Source of the DNA: an uncultured archaeon
Lineage (GTDB): Archaea > Asgardarchaeota > Thorarchaeia > Thorarchaeales > Thorarchaeaceae
NCBI GenBank assembly: GCA_964458565.1
Contig: CAYWJO010000007.1
Coordinates: 46,470 to 110,469, forward strand
DNA: 64,000 bases
Reading direction: 5' to 3'
Translations under genes and position numbers: made by a program
The notes under the pieces: generated by a model
Databases searched by the model: none
The model's input: only the letters and a program-made list of their open reading frames with translations
Told to the model about the DNA's origin: nothing
Shown here: positions 19,187-29,794 of the stretch, piece by piece
Position numbering within the stretch: position 1 is the first letter of the stretch
Layout of the letters: every line of letters begins with the position of its first letter

Positions 19187-21073
19187 TCAGAGTTTCAATT
19201 TGAAGATGTACTCATCATCAGCCCTTGAGAGATGACTCTCCACTACACGATCGGTTCGATGAAGGAATCTAATCATTGGTAGATTTCTTGGATGCACATA
19301 TGCTATAAATGCGTCAATCCCCTTGCTCTTTGCAATTCTCATGAGGTGATTGAGAAGGAACGTTCCAACACCTTTTCCTTGATATTCGTCCTGGATCAAT
19401 AGTGCAAACTCAGCCTCATTCGTACTTCTGTCTAGGAGATATCTCCCTGCACCGATTATTCTCTCAGTTTCGTGTTCTTTGTCTGGATATATTACAGCGA
19501 TAATGGACACATCTCTGTCTGCATCAACATCATAGAAGTCTTGCAACGTCTTTCTTGGTAGACTTCTTAATGGTGTGAGGAATCTGAAATAGATGCTTTC
19601 TTCAGAGAGATCATAGAACAGATCTTTAATCCTATCAGTGTCATCGGGCCTAACAAGACGGAAATAAACAGTCACCGGACCATCGGGACCTTTGAATTCT
19701 TCTTGTGTTTCGTATTCACTAGCGAAATACGTACCTGTGACCTGAAATGGTACTTGGTCTTCGTGGACGTATTGCATTTTCTTTGCAGCGTCTAATAATT
19801 CGTTTCTAAAGTCGGGGTGTGCAATTGCAATCAATGAAAGTACACGTTCACGTATAGTCTTTCCATGTAGTGTCGCGAGACCATATTCTGTGATTATAAC
19901 ATCGACGTCGCCTCTAGTTGTAACGACACCCGCACCTTCACTGAGTTGGGGCACAATGCGTGAAACAGTACCCTCCATTGCTGTACTCTGCATTGTGATG
20001 ATTGCCTTCCCACCAATTGATCTATTAGCACCACGAATGAAGTCTACTGCGCCGCCTATCCCCGAAAAGAAGCGATGTCCAATTGAGTCTGCGCACACTT
20101 GTCCTGTGAGGTCAATCTCAAGCGCAGAGTTGATGGCTATCATTTTCGTGTTCTGTCCAATCACATACGGATCGTTCACATACTCCGTGGGATAAAAATG
20201 AAACATTGGATTATCATTGATATATTCATAGAGCTTCTCTGAACCCATAGCGAATGATGCGATTACCTTATCCTTGTTTATGCTCTTTTTCCTATTTGTT
20301 ACAATTTCCTGTTGGATCAGTGGAATGAGACTATCACTGAACATTTCGGTGTGAATTCCTAAGTCCTGTACACCAATTTCAAGGAGACTATTACATACCG
20401 CCTGAGGCAACGCACCAATTCCTAATTCTATGGTTGACTCATTTTCAATTAACCTGGCTACAAAACTTCCTATCTTGTTTATAGTATCTGATCCTTCTGC
20501 AGGCTCAAATTCACGAAGTGGTTCATTATACGATACTAACCAATCAATGTCCCTCACATTCATGAACGAATCGCCATGTGTGATTGGCATTCTCTCGTTG
20601 ACCTGTGCTATTACTAAATCTGCGCTTTCAGCTGCGGACTTGGTGATATCTACTGCTATTCCTAGTGAAACATAACCATGTTGATCAGGAGGGCTCACTT
20701 GAATCATGGCTACATCAAGTGGCATTCTCTTTTGTCTGAACAGACGTGGGATGTCTGAGAGCATGATGGGTGTGTAATCCGCACGTCCATCAGTGACTGC
20801 CTCTCGGATATTCTCAGAGACAAAGAACGTGTTATGCCTGAATGCATTTTGAAATTGAGGGTCTGCTGATGGTGTATCTCCCAGAGTAAGCAAATGCACA
20901 ATTTCATTATCTGCCATCTTTACTGCATTCTTTGCGAGTTCCTGAACTAGATGATATGGTACTCCACATCCTGTACCTAGGAATATTCTAGTCCCTCGCT
21001 TGATTTTTCTAATGGCTGTACTAGAGTCAACAGTCTTCTTTTTGTATTTCTCAATCCAGTTTTCAGCAGTCAT
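19187..21073 (-). CDS. Acetyl-CoA hydrolase/CoA-transferase fused to C-terminal GNAT acetyltransferase
   Basis: QVSPPD, LGIG, GIHTEM, SGIGGAVDF, ITEYG; GNAT region AEFALLIQDEYQGKGVGT. Confidence 0.9.
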   Translation of the reverse strand: MTAENWIEKYKKKTVDSSTAIRKIKRGTRIFLGTGCGVPYHLVQELAKNAVKMADNEIVHLLTLGDTPSADPQFQNAFRHNTFFVSENIREAVTDGRADYTPIMLSDIPRLFRQKRMPLDVAMIQVSPPDQHGYVSLGIAVDITKSAAESADLVIAQVNERMPITHGDSFMNVRDIDWLVSYNEPLREFEPAEGSDTINKIGSFVARLIENESTIELGIGALPQAVCNSLLEIGVQDLGIHTEMFSDSLIPLIQQEIVTNRKKSINKDKVIASFAMGSEKLYEYINDNPMFHFYPTEYVNDPYVIGQNTKMIAINSALEIDLTGQVCADSIGHRFFSGIGGAVDFIRGANRSIGGKAIITMQSTAMEGTVSRIVPQLSEGAGVVTTRGDVDVIITEYGLATLHGKTIRERVLSLIAIAHPDFRNELLDAAKKMQYVHEDQVPFQVTGTYFASEYETQEEFKGPDGPVTVYFRLVRPDDTDRIKDLFYDLSEESIYFRFLTPLRSLPRKTLQDFYDVDADRDVSIIAVIYPDKEHETERIIGAGRYLLDRSTNEAEFALLIQDEYQGKGVGTFLLNHLMRIAKSKGIDAFIAYVHPRNLPMIRFLHRTDRVVESHLSRADDEYIFKLKL

Positions 21074-21222
21074 AATCCCAACATCCTGATGCGTCTATTC
21101 CGCTAGAGGTTGCATATAGGACTTTCCAAGTGGTACAAGATATTATGACACGACAGAAACCTTTTTGCTCACCATGTTCGGGCTCAGTCTTGTTTGACAA
21201 CATATTATGGGAGAACACTCTC

Positions 21223-22497
21223 ATGTCTGAAGAAAAAATTGGTAATCGATATTTGGTGATACTTGGTGCAATTATCGTGCAACTATGTTTGGGTACAATC
21301 TACGCATGGTCCGAGTTTCAGAATGCATTGAAACTTGAAGGCGGTCTGTATCAGTGGACCCCTCTAAGCACTCAATTGCCGTTCGCCGCAGGTCTTGCTT
21401 CTTTTGCCCTTTTCATGGTCTTTGCAGGACGATGGCAGGATAAGGCTGGGCCTCGAAAGGTAGCCACAGTGGGCGGTGTTCTGCTTGGTGTTGGTTATCT
21501 CCTTGCATCTTTGGTGGATACACTAGCATTAGATGAACTCACCGGAACCATTTACCTCATCATCACCTATGGTATAATTGGTGGTGCTGGTATTGGATTC
21601 GCATACGTATGTCCCATTGCAGCATTAGTCAAATGGTTCCCTGATAAGAAAGGAAGCGTTTCTGGAATTGCTGTTGCAGGGTTTGGTGGTGGTGCACTTA
21701 TCTTTCTATTTGTGGAAGATTTCCTGATCAATACAGTATTTGGTGGTTATATTGGCTTTGCATTTCTGGTTCTTGGTGTCGTATATCTCATTGGCGTAGT
21801 ACTGGGCTCACAGATACTTGTCAATCCACCAGTAGGATGGGCTCCTGAAGGATGGACACCTCCCATCACAATCGCTGATGGTTCTGGTGGTGGAATGATG
21901 CCTGGTGAAATGATTAGGAAGGCAACATTCTGGCTTCTCTGGCTCTCGTTTATATTTGCAGCAACCGCTGGTCTAATGACCCTTGGCAATGTGAAAAGTG
22001 CCGCTGCTGAAGTAGACCCCACAGTGATTCCACTCGGTCTGGGTGCATTGATAGGTGGAATAATGTCCATCTTTAACGCAATAGGACGAATTGTATGGGG
22101 TATTACATCAGATAAGCTTGGTCGAGCTAGGACTATGGTTTTAATGTTCTTGTTCCTCATGATTGCAATGTACAGTTTTGCATTCGTGGCATTATTACCT
22201 GATACAGAGGGACTTTGGATTACCGTCACTCTGATTGCTTCAGTGATAGGATTCTGTTTTGGTGGGAATTTTGCCCTCTTCCCCTCAGCAACAGCTGACT
22301 ATTTCGGTTCAGAGAACGTAGGTAAGAACTATGGTGTAGTCTTTACAGCATATGGTATTGCAGGTATTGTTGGTGGTCTTGTTGCAGGATCATTTGTAGG
22401 TCTAACTGGCTCCTACTTCCTTGCATTCATAACAACAGAATTTCTTGCTATGTTCGCTATCTTGCTAACACTCTACCTATACTGGAAATACGAGTAG
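21223..22497 (+). CDS. OFA-family (oxalate/formate/monocarboxylate) MFS transporter
   Basis: GRWQDKAGPR, KWFPDKKG..SG.AVAGFGGG, ADYFG..NVG.NYG. Confidence 0.9.
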   Translation: MSEEKIGNRYLVILGAIIVQLCLGTIYAWSEFQNALKLEGGLYQWTPLSTQLPFAAGLASFALFMVFAGRWQDKAGPRKVATVGGVLLGVGYLLASLVDTLALDELTGTIYLIITYGIIGGAGIGFAYVCPIAALVKWFPDKKGSVSGIAVAGFGGGALIFLFVEDFLINTVFGGYIGFAFLVLGVVYLIGVVLGSQILVNPPVGWAPEGWTPPITIADGSGGGMMPGEMIRKATFWLLWLSFIFAATAGLMTLGNVKSAAAEVDPTVIPLGLGALIGGIMSIFNAIGRIVWGITSDKLGRARTMVLMFLFLMIAMYSFAFVALLPDTEGLWITVTLIASVIGFCFGGNFALFPSATADYFGSENVGKNYGVVFTAYGIAGIVGGLVAGSFVGLTGSYFLAFITTEFLAMFAILLTLYLYWKYE

Positions 22498-22688
22498 TAT
22501 ACTAAAACGAGGTTATGGGGATATTTTCCCATACCTCTCTCAATTCTTTTTAGCACTCCCTGATTTGACAAGTTGAACGATACTTTGATGAAAATCCGTT
22601 TTTCAATTAAATATCGTGCCCTTGGATAAGCGTTATATAGATAAACCTGCGGACGGCGCTCAAAGCATCGATGCTTAAGGTGACTAAT

Positions 22689-24689
22689 TTGTCTGAAGAA
22701 AAAAAGATCACTGTTTTAGAAGCGGAAGCAAGAAGATTCGCGCCTCCCAAGAGCTTTGTCGATAAAGCATATATCAAGTCTCACGAGGAACGAATGGAGA
22801 TGTGGAAGAAGTCCATCTCGGATCCAGATGGCTTCTGGCTAGATATAGCAACATCGGATTTGTTCTACTGGAAGACTAAACCGACAAAGGGTTTCGAATG
22901 GCAAGATACACAGAATGTTAAATTCACATGGTTCGCCGATGGCGTGACCAATATGGCCTACAATTGCATGGATAAGTGGGTCGAGCAGGGTCGTGGTGAC
23001 CAGGTCGCAATTATTTGGCAGGGTGACCCCGTTGATGAGTCGCGTACCTACACCTACAAGCAGCTTCAAATCGAGGTAAGCAAAGCTGCCAATGTTCTAA
23101 AAAATCTCGGTCTGAAGAAAGGTGATACCGTCACAATCTACCTACCTATGATTCCTGAACTAGCTATTCTCATGCTTGCCTGTGCTCGAATTGGTGCTGT
23201 CCACAGTATCGTCTTCGGTGGCTTCACTGCAGACTCACTGAAAGACAGGATTGAGGACTGTCAGAGCAAAGTTCTCATCACTGCTGATGGTTACTATCGC
23301 GCATCTAAGGTCATTCCACAGAAGAAAAACGCTGACGCCGCGCTTGAGAATATCTCAGTGGTTGAGAAAATCCTCGTTGTCAAACGTGGTATTGATGGCC
23401 TTGACGTACCAATGAAATCCGGTCGCGATTTCTGGTTCCATGAAGAACTTGAGAAGGTTGAGGAAACGTGCGAGCCCGAATGGTTAGGTGCTGAAGACCC
23501 ACTATTCATCCTTTACACATCTGGTTCAACCGGAAAACCAAAGGGTGTGCTTCACACACTCGGTGGTTACATGGTCTATACCGCTCACACATTCCTGAAT
23601 ATCTTCGATTGGCATCCTGGTGATGTCTATTGGTGTACGGCGGACATAGGTTGGATAACTGGACATTCCTACCAAGTATATGGCCCACTCGGTGCAGGTG
23701 CAACCTCAATGATGTTTGAGGGCGTGCCAACATACCCTGATGCAAGCCGATTCTGGATGGAGGTAGAGCGCTGGAAAGTAAACCAATTCTATACAGCCCC
23801 GACAGCCATACGTGCCCTGATGAAATTCGGCGAAGAACCCGTTAAGAAACACGATCTCTCCTCACTGAATCTTTTGGGCACAGTAGGAGAACCCATCAAT
23901 CCAGCCGCTTGGATGTGGTATCACGAGGTAGTAGGCAAAGAGAGATGTCCAATTGTGGACACCTACTGGCAAACAGAAACAGGCGGAGTAATTTTTACAC
24001 CCCTTCCCGGAGCAACTGAGACAATACCCGGAAGTTGCACCTTTCCATACTTTGGAGTTGACCCTGTCATCGTAGATGAAGGCGGCTCTGCAACAGGCCC
24101 TAATGAGGGCGGATACCTCTGTATCAAATCACCATGGCCAGGTCTCATGCGTACTGTCTTCGGAGACCACCAGAGGTTTGTGAATACCTATTGGACTCAA
24201 TACAAAGATCCCGAAACAGGCAATCCAATGTATATGACCGGAGATGGTTCACGCTTCAACGATGATGGCTACTTCTTCGTGATGGGTCGAATCGACGACG
24301 TACTGAAAGTATCTGGTCACAGACTTGGAACTGCTGAGATTGAGTCAGCTCTCGTCAAGCACCCCGCAGTTTCAGAGTGTGCAGTTGTAGGTTTCCCACA
24401 TGAGATAAAGGGAGAAGATATCTATGTCTTTTGTACACTCAGAAAAGGTGTCGAAGGAACCGAGGAACTTCGCCAAGAGCTGCGGAAACACGTCAGGACT
24501 GAAATTGGACCAATCGCTACACCAGCTAAAGTACAGTTTGCTGACGCGCTACCGAAGACCAGAAGCGGAAAGATAATGCGCCGAATATTGAAACGCATCG
24601 CTGCTGGAAAGATTGAGGACATCGGAGATACCTCCACACTCGCAGATCCAACAGTTGTCGAAACCCTCGTTCGTGAGAGAATCGAGTAA
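22689..24689 (+). CDS. acs: AMP-forming acetyl-CoA synthetase
   Basis: [46 protein letters not shown]; TTG start after AGGTGA. Confidence 0.96.
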   Translation: MSEEKKITVLEAEARRFAPPKSFVDKAYIKSHEERMEMWKKSISDPDGFWLDIATSDLFYWKTKPTKGFEWQDTQNVKFTWFADGVTNMAYNCMDKWVEQGRGDQVAIIWQGDPVDESRTYTYKQLQIEVSKAANVLKNLGLKKGDTVTIYLPMIPELAILMLACARIGAVHSIVFGGFTADSLKDRIEDCQSKVLITADGYYRASKVIPQKKNADAALENISVVEKILVVKRGIDGLDVPMKSGRDFWFHEELEKVEETCEPEWLGAEDPLFILYTSGSTGKPKGVLHTLGGYMVYTAHTFLNIFDWHPGDVYWCTADIGWITGHSYQVYGPLGAGATSMMFEGVPTYPDASRFWMEVERWKVNQFYTAPTAIRALMKFGEEPVKKHDLSSLNLLGTVGEPINPAAWMWYHEVVGKERCPIVDTYWQTETGGVIFTPLPGATETIPGSCTFPYFGVDPVIVDEGGSATGPNEGGYLCIKSPWPGLMRTVFGDHQRFVNTYWTQYKDPETGNPMYMTGDGSRFNDDGYFFVMGRIDDVLKVSGHRLGTAEIESALVKHPAVSECAVVGFPHEIKGEDIYVFCTLRKGVEGTEELRQELRKHVRTEIGPIATPAKVQFADALPKTRSGKIMRRILKRIAAGKIEDIGDTSTLADPTVVETLVRERIE

Positions 24690-24701
24690 ATGGCACAATT
24701 A

Positions 24702-24742
24702 AAGTGTAGAGAGGTTTTATCCTCTCTCCACACTTCTGTTTT
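24702..24742 (+). terminator. Hairpin plus T-tract after acs
   Basis: AGTGTAGAGAGG-loop-CCTCTCTCCACACT followed by a T run. Confidence 0.5.
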
Positions 24743-24806
24743 TAATGAATATTTTTCAAAAGGTTTATCGGTTTTAAAGACTAATTGATAATGGGTATGT
24801 CACATT

Positions 24807-25052
24807 TTGAATTGGCCAATTTATAATAAATGTGACTCTCAATCAGGAACTTGTTATCGACGTTTCTTTATACTCTATATCATACTGCTCATCATATCGA
24901 CTATTGAATTTCTTGGTAATACCTCATTCTTTTACGATTTTCAACTTGTGCTTTACATTCTACTTGGTGTTGGAATCATGAGCACCATGATTGCAATCTA
25001 TCTCATCGTGAAGAACCCTCCAAATTCATCATCTTTTGATTCTCACATCTAG
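24807..25052 (+). CDS. Small 2-TM hypothetical protein
   Basis: Two hydrophobic helices; weak start. Confidence 0.4.
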   Translation: MNWPIYNKCDSQSGTCYRRFFILYIILLIISTIEFLGNTSFFYDFQLVLYILLGVGIMSTMIAIYLIVKNPPNSSSFDSHI

Positions 25053-25055
25053 AAA

Positions 25056-25658
25056 TTAGACTGGAAAGAACCGTCGTGTTCGCTTCATATATTCCAGATA
25101 CTTCTCTCCAAATGCGTCAGTAAGCATCTGTTCTTCCTGTTTTGCTACGAATGGAAACGCAACAAGTATGATGAATGCGAATATAATAATCAGAGTGTTT
25201 GCAGTGACCAGAGCCATCCCTAGAGAGAACAAACCAAGCACTGTGTACATTGGATGCCTTACTCTTGTATAGGGTCCTTCAGTGATTAACCTATGTTTGG
25301 ATTTTATCTCTAGCTGAGCTGAGTATTGACGGTCGAGCGTTCTATGTATCCATGCGAGCAGTGGAATCACAATAAGTACGAGAACAACTCCACTCCATCT
25401 CAGAACGACCGGATACAGATCATACTGAAATAGGTCCATCAGAGGAAAGCCAATGAGATAAGGAATGTAAGATCCAAAAGAGCCCAATATTCCAATGATG
25501 ATTAATGCTCCACCAAGTCCTAGGTTTCTTCTTACTTCACTCTCTTCCGTATCGGGTTCTTCTCGTCTTGGTTTCACGAATCGATAATATCCACGAACAG
25601 TGAAGAACAACGCATAGAGACCTATGAAGAGTGCTCTGTAGAATATATCATCTGCCAT
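25056..25658 (-). CDS. Isoprenylcysteine carboxyl methyltransferase (ICMT/PEMT) family membrane protein
   Basis: HRLITEGPYTRVRHPMY, EEQML..FGEKY.EY..RT.RF. Confidence 0.9.
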   Translation of the reverse strand: MADDIFYRALFIGLYALFFTVRGYYRFVKPRREEPDTEESEVRRNLGLGGALIIIGILGSFGSYIPYLIGFPLMDLFQYDLYPVVLRWSGVVLVLIVIPLLAWIHRTLDRQYSAQLEIKSKHRLITEGPYTRVRHPMYTVLGLFSLGMALVTANTLIIIFAFIILVAFPFVAKQEEQMLTDAFGEKYLEYMKRTRRFFPV

Positions 25659-25684
25659 CTTGTCACATCCATGCGGAGTATCTA

Positions 25685-25722
25685 ATACATACTCAATAGT
25701 CAGTATACATACTTAACAGTCA
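25685..25722. promoter_or_regulatory. Tandem candidate TetR operators
   Basis: ATACATACTCAATAGTCA and ATACATACTTAACAGTCA, 20 bp apart, between divergent ICMT and TetR genes. Confidence 0.55.
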
Positions 25723-25787
25723 TTTTTATAAGCCTTTCCAGCTAAGCAGATATGTCAAATGAACCAGAATTGGATGTCTAAACATCA

Positions 25788-26396
25788 ATGCCAAGAGTAG
25801 TACCTGAATACAAAGAACAAGCAAGAAGAAGAATTATCGAAGCCGCTGGAGCAGTCTTCATAGAGCGAGGGTATTATCAATCTACAATGGATGACATTGC
25901 ATCAGCGATGGAGGTGAGTAAAGGGGCAATATATCAGTACTTTAGGAGCAAAGAACAGCTCTTCTACTCAGTGATAGACCTCATGATCACATCCAAAAAA
26001 GATGAGGTGATGACGATACTCACATCTGAAAATCCAATGTTCATTTCAACAAGTGATTTCTTTGATATGAAAATACGAAGAGCCATTGAAACACGAGCTT
26101 TCGGACTTGATTTACTTCTTGAAGCGACTAAGGATGAACATCTTCAGACTCGAATCAAGGAGTTGTATGATGCAGCCTATCGCGATCTCATTGAACAAGT
26201 TGAGAAGCTCAAAGAGCGCGGTGTTGTGAGAGAGGATGCAGACATAGCTCTAATTTGGAGGGGATTAGTTGCTCTACGTGATGGATTGATAATGTCATCT
26301 CTGCTTGGAGCTGAAATAGATGAAGCAAAGAGAACCTGGGAGCATTTATCGAAGATAATACTCAATCAAGTCATATCTGAACAGTCAGCTAAATAG
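25788..26396 (+). CDS. TetR/AcrR family regulator
   Basis: RRIIEAA..VF.ERGY..STMDDIA...VSKGAIYQYFRSKEQL. Confidence 0.93.
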   Translation: MPRVVPEYKEQARRRIIEAAGAVFIERGYYQSTMDDIASAMEVSKGAIYQYFRSKEQLFYSVIDLMITSKKDEVMTILTSENPMFISTSDFFDMKIRRAIETRAFGLDLLLEATKDEHLQTRIKELYDAAYRDLIEQVEKLKERGVVREDADIALIWRGLVALRDGLIMSSLLGAEIDEAKRTWEHLSKIILNQVISEQSAK

Positions 26397-26445
26397 CCAT
26401 TCCACTATAGTTAAGATAATTCGCATCTCATTCTATCTGATTAAA

Positions 26446-26907
26446 ATGACTTCGATAATTGATGCTGAGATAAGACATTCCACGTTTGTTAGACAGTCCC
26501 CTGAAGTGGTCTATGATGCTATTTCTACCACAGTCGGTCTCAACGGGTGGTTTTGCACAGGTGGAGAGGTAGATGCCCGTCCCGGTGGACATATCAAGTT
26601 CCGATGGGAAGACTGGCGACCTGACATGGGCATAATAGAGGATGGAGGTCCAGTTATTGAGGCAGATCGTGGGAAACGGTTCGTCTTCCAATGGCATCCT
26701 GATGATGAATCATATGCAACGCTCGTAAAGCTGACATTTGAGCCACATGAAGATGGGACTATCATGAGGGTGGTAGAATCTGGTTTCCAAGACACACCTC
26801 AGGGTCTAAGAGCAATGATTGGGTGTGCTACGGGATGGGGTGAAGCACTCACTCTTCTCAAGTTCTATGTAGAACACAACATCGTATATTGGCCTGATAA
26901 GAAATAA
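26446..26907 (+). CDS. SRPBCC/AHSA1 domain protein
   Basis: SPEVVYDA...GW...RPGG...GWGEALTLLK. Confidence 0.85.
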   Translation: MTSIIDAEIRHSTFVRQSPEVVYDAISTTVGLNGWFCTGGEVDARPGGHIKFRWEDWRPDMGIIEDGGPVIEADRGKRFVFQWHPDDESYATLVKLTFEPHEDGTIMRVVESGFQDTPQGLRAMIGCATGWGEALTLLKFYVEHNIVYWPDKK

Positions 26908-27351
26908 CTAGGGTTCCTCTTTAAGGGTGAAAAAACATCCACATGTCACAGTCTGTCCCACTCCTGGTATCTGACGCAGTTTGTCAACTACTAACTCTCC
27001 GATTTCCTTGAGCGACTCACCTCTTGCTTTGACAATGATGTCCCAGCTACCTGCCACTACATGGACCTCTACTATCTTTTCAATGTCAGCAATCGTCTTT
27101 GCCACATCATGTTGAGATGTTTTGTGAGTTGGAAGAAAGGTGACCAAGATAATCGCGGTCACCGGCAGGCCAATCTTCTCATAGTCCGGCACTACTACGG
27201 TTTTCCTAATCACACCTGTTTCTCTCAACTTTTCTATTCGATGCTGTACAGTAGATCTTGGCAAGTCTAATTCTCGTGCAATCTTGGTCACAGGCTTAGA
27301 TGCATCCCTTCTAAGCACAGTGAGGATTTTTCTATCATTGGAATCCAACAT
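26908..27351 (-). CDS. Lrp/AsnC family regulator
   Basis: LDSNDRKIL..L..D...IARELDL..STV..RI..L...G; C-terminal RAM domain. Confidence 0.93.
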   Translation of the reverse strand: MLDSNDRKILTVLRRDASKPVTKIARELDLPRSTVQHRIEKLRETGVIRKTVVVPDYEKIGLPVTAIILVTFLPTHKTSQHDVAKTIADIEKIVEVHVVAGSWDIIVKARGESLKEIGELVVDKLRQIPGVGQTVTCGCFFTLKEEP

Positions 27352-27450
27352 ATTGGCAAGTTGATAATAATAGCAATATAATATTGTCTATTTACGTCAT
27401 TATGCCAATAATATTGACAAAATGCTTATACCCACTTTACATATTGGCAA
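27350..27450. promoter_or_regulatory. Four phased candidate Lrp/AsnC binding sites
   Basis: ATATTGnCwA at 27350, 27381, 27411 and 27441. Confidence 0.6.
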
Positions 27451-27461
27451 TATGATGAGAA

Positions 27462-28463
27462 ATGACCTTAATATCCACACAGATGCCAGACGAAACATCC
27501 ATTGAAGATGGGGTGCGTTACAGATATCGCTCCATTCGAACAGAACGAGCAAGAAGAATACTTGAAGTTCAACACAACTTATCACGAGCAATTCGAGCGT
27601 GTCTTGACTCGGAAGGATTTGTTGAATTACTCCCTCCTGTGATTGGTCCGGTGACGGATCCGGGAGTCAGAGGAGCAGGTACTGCAAGAATGGACTACTA
27701 TGGCGAACCATACGTAGTCATGACAAGTATGATTCTGTACAAACAAATGGCAGTGGCAACATTTCCGAAAATCTATTCGTTCTCTCCAAATGTTCGACTT
27801 GAAATTCCTGAAGGTCTCACAACCAGTAGGCATTTAGCAGAATTCTATCAGGTTGATCTTGAGGTCGCCTATGGCACATGTGACTCCTTGATGGCTCTGG
27901 GTGATAAGCTGATATACGAGGTCATTGATTCTATTCATCAACATTGCAGCGAACACTTAGAGTTTCTTGGACGTGATTTATCAAAACCACCCAAGCATCT
28001 TCCTAGGGTGACTCATCACGAAGCTATTGAGATGCTTCGTGCTGAAGGGTACGATATTCCACATGATGAAGAACTTTCATGGACTGCAGAGAAAAAACTC
28101 TCCGAACTGTTTGAAACACCCTTCTGGATAACCCACTATCCCCGTGGGTCTCGAGGTTTCTATTATGCTGAAGACCCTGAAGATCCTTCTGTTCTACGCT
28201 CGATGGACCTTATTCTACCAGAAGGATTTGGAGAAGCGTCAAGTGGTGGCGAGCGTGAATACACAAAAGAAGGAGTCGTTCGATCCATGATTGCATCCGG
28301 TGAGGATCCATCACGATATGGATGGTATATGAAAATGATAGAAGAAGGTATCTCTCCCTCTGCGGGATTTGGTGTCGGAGTTGAAAGGTTAACTCGATAT
28401 GTATGTGGAATTGACCATATTTGGGAATGCTCAGCATTTCCAAAGGTTCCAGGTGTAGTATAA
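27462..28463 (+). CDS. Archaeal asparagine synthetase (AsnRS2/AS-AR; AsnRS catalytic domain without anticodon domain)
   Basis: TDPG, SMILYKQ, SPNVRLE, RHLAEFYQVD, GEASSGGERE, GFGVGVERL; no N-terminal OB domain. Confidence 0.88.
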   Translation: MTLISTQMPDETSIEDGVRYRYRSIRTERARRILEVQHNLSRAIRACLDSEGFVELLPPVIGPVTDPGVRGAGTARMDYYGEPYVVMTSMILYKQMAVATFPKIYSFSPNVRLEIPEGLTTSRHLAEFYQVDLEVAYGTCDSLMALGDKLIYEVIDSIHQHCSEHLEFLGRDLSKPPKHLPRVTHHEAIEMLRAEGYDIPHDEELSWTAEKKLSELFETPFWITHYPRGSRGFYYAEDPEDPSVLRSMDLILPEGFGEASSGGEREYTKEGVVRSMIASGEDPSRYGWYMKMIEEGISPSAGFGVGVERLTRYVCGIDHIWECSAFPKVPGVV

Positions 28464-28577
28464 TTCACTATTCCTTTCTTCGAAGGTATTATCAACCATA
28501 CTTTCTACGGCTCTAACACAATATACAATAATGCATCAAATTTTGTTTCCACAATCAGATAATAGGTCAGTGTCAAT

Positions 28578-28811
28578 GTGAATACACGAAATGTTACAGG
28601 TGTGTTAGGTGCAATTCTACTATTCATTTTCTGGGTGATAGTAGATATGATAATCTTTCCAACTCTTTTGACAACAATAACCTATCCTGTATATGAACTG
28701 ATAGTCTATGGATCATGGTTTGTCATCATTCTCATTATTGTTGGCATTCTTTCTTGGTCTGAAGCTATTCCAAATCCCTATAAGAAATCAGAAGATGTGG
28801 TGGGCGTCTAG
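28578..28811 (+). CDS. Small 2-TM hypothetical protein
   Basis: Two TM helices, 77 aa. Confidence 0.55.
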   Translation: MNTRNVTGVLGAILLFIFWVIVDMIIFPTLLTTITYPVYELIVYGSWFVIILIIVGILSWSEAIPNPYKKSEDVVGV

Positions 28812-28927
28812 ATTTGAAATACATGAGAAGTCTTCATTAGGATCACATCATTTTACAATAATTACTGAAACATGATTCAGATTATGTATTAGGTAGTACA
28901 TTAATAGAAAAAAAGGATTGGAGCATA

Positions 28928-29794
28928 TTGCAAGGAAAAATCTGTATTGTCACTGGGAGTAATTCCGGGATTGGTAAGGAAACAGCTATTGCATTGGCTG
29001 AAAAAGGTGCAACAGTGATAATGCTTGTGAGAAATAAAGAGAAAGGGGAAGCTGCAAGAAACGAAATCGTGGAGAATACCGGCAATGATTCAATCGAGCT
29101 AATGCTCTGTGATCTTGCACTTACAAGTGAGATAAAGCGATTTGCTCAAGAATTCGGGAATAAATATAGTCGATTGGACGTTCTTGTCAATAATGCCGGG
29201 GCTGTATTTTCAAAACGCGAAGTAACTGAGGAGGGACTCGAAAGAACACTCGCTGTGAATTATATCGCACCTTTCATTCTAACACATGAACTCCTTCCAA
29301 TTCTTAAAACAAGTTCACCCTCACGAATAATTAACATCAGCTCTGGACTTCATAAATCCGCAAAGATAAATTTAGACGATATTCAAAATGAGCATGGATA
29401 CAAATCAAGAAAGGTATACGGCCAGGCTAAACTCTATGTTATTATGTACACATATGAACTAGCACGACGATTGGAAGGAACCGGAGTAACTGCTAATGTT
29501 CTCCATCCTGGATTTGTGGCTACTAACCTTGGTCAGAATTCAGGAAGCACATCATCTAAAATAATGTTCAAAATGATGAAACCATTTCAGATAAGACCCG
29601 AAGAAGGTGCAGAAACTTCCATCTATTTGGCGACATCAGAGGATCTAATTGGTGTCAATGGTGCTTATTTTCATAAAAAAGAGCAGATCACCTCGTCTGA
29701 GATATCGTACAATCAAACACTGCAACATACCCTCTGGGACAAAACACTGGAATTACTGAAATCTTCCGGAATCCAATTATCGGATAATGCCTAA
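28928..29794 (+). CDS. SDR oxidoreductase (retinol dehydrogenase-like)
   Basis: TGSNSGIG, NNAG, YGQAK, HPGFVAT. Confidence 0.92.
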   Translation: MQGKICIVTGSNSGIGKETAIALAEKGATVIMLVRNKEKGEAARNEIVENTGNDSIELMLCDLALTSEIKRFAQEFGNKYSRLDVLVNNAGAVFSKREVTEEGLERTLAVNYIAPFILTHELLPILKTSSPSRIINISSGLHKSAKINLDDIQNEHGYKSRKVYGQAKLYVIMYTYELARRLEGTGVTANVLHPGFVATNLGQNSGSTSSKIMFKMMKPFQIRPEEGAETSIYLATSEDLIGVNGAYFHKKEQITSSEISYNQTLQHTLWDKTLELLKSSGIQLSDNA

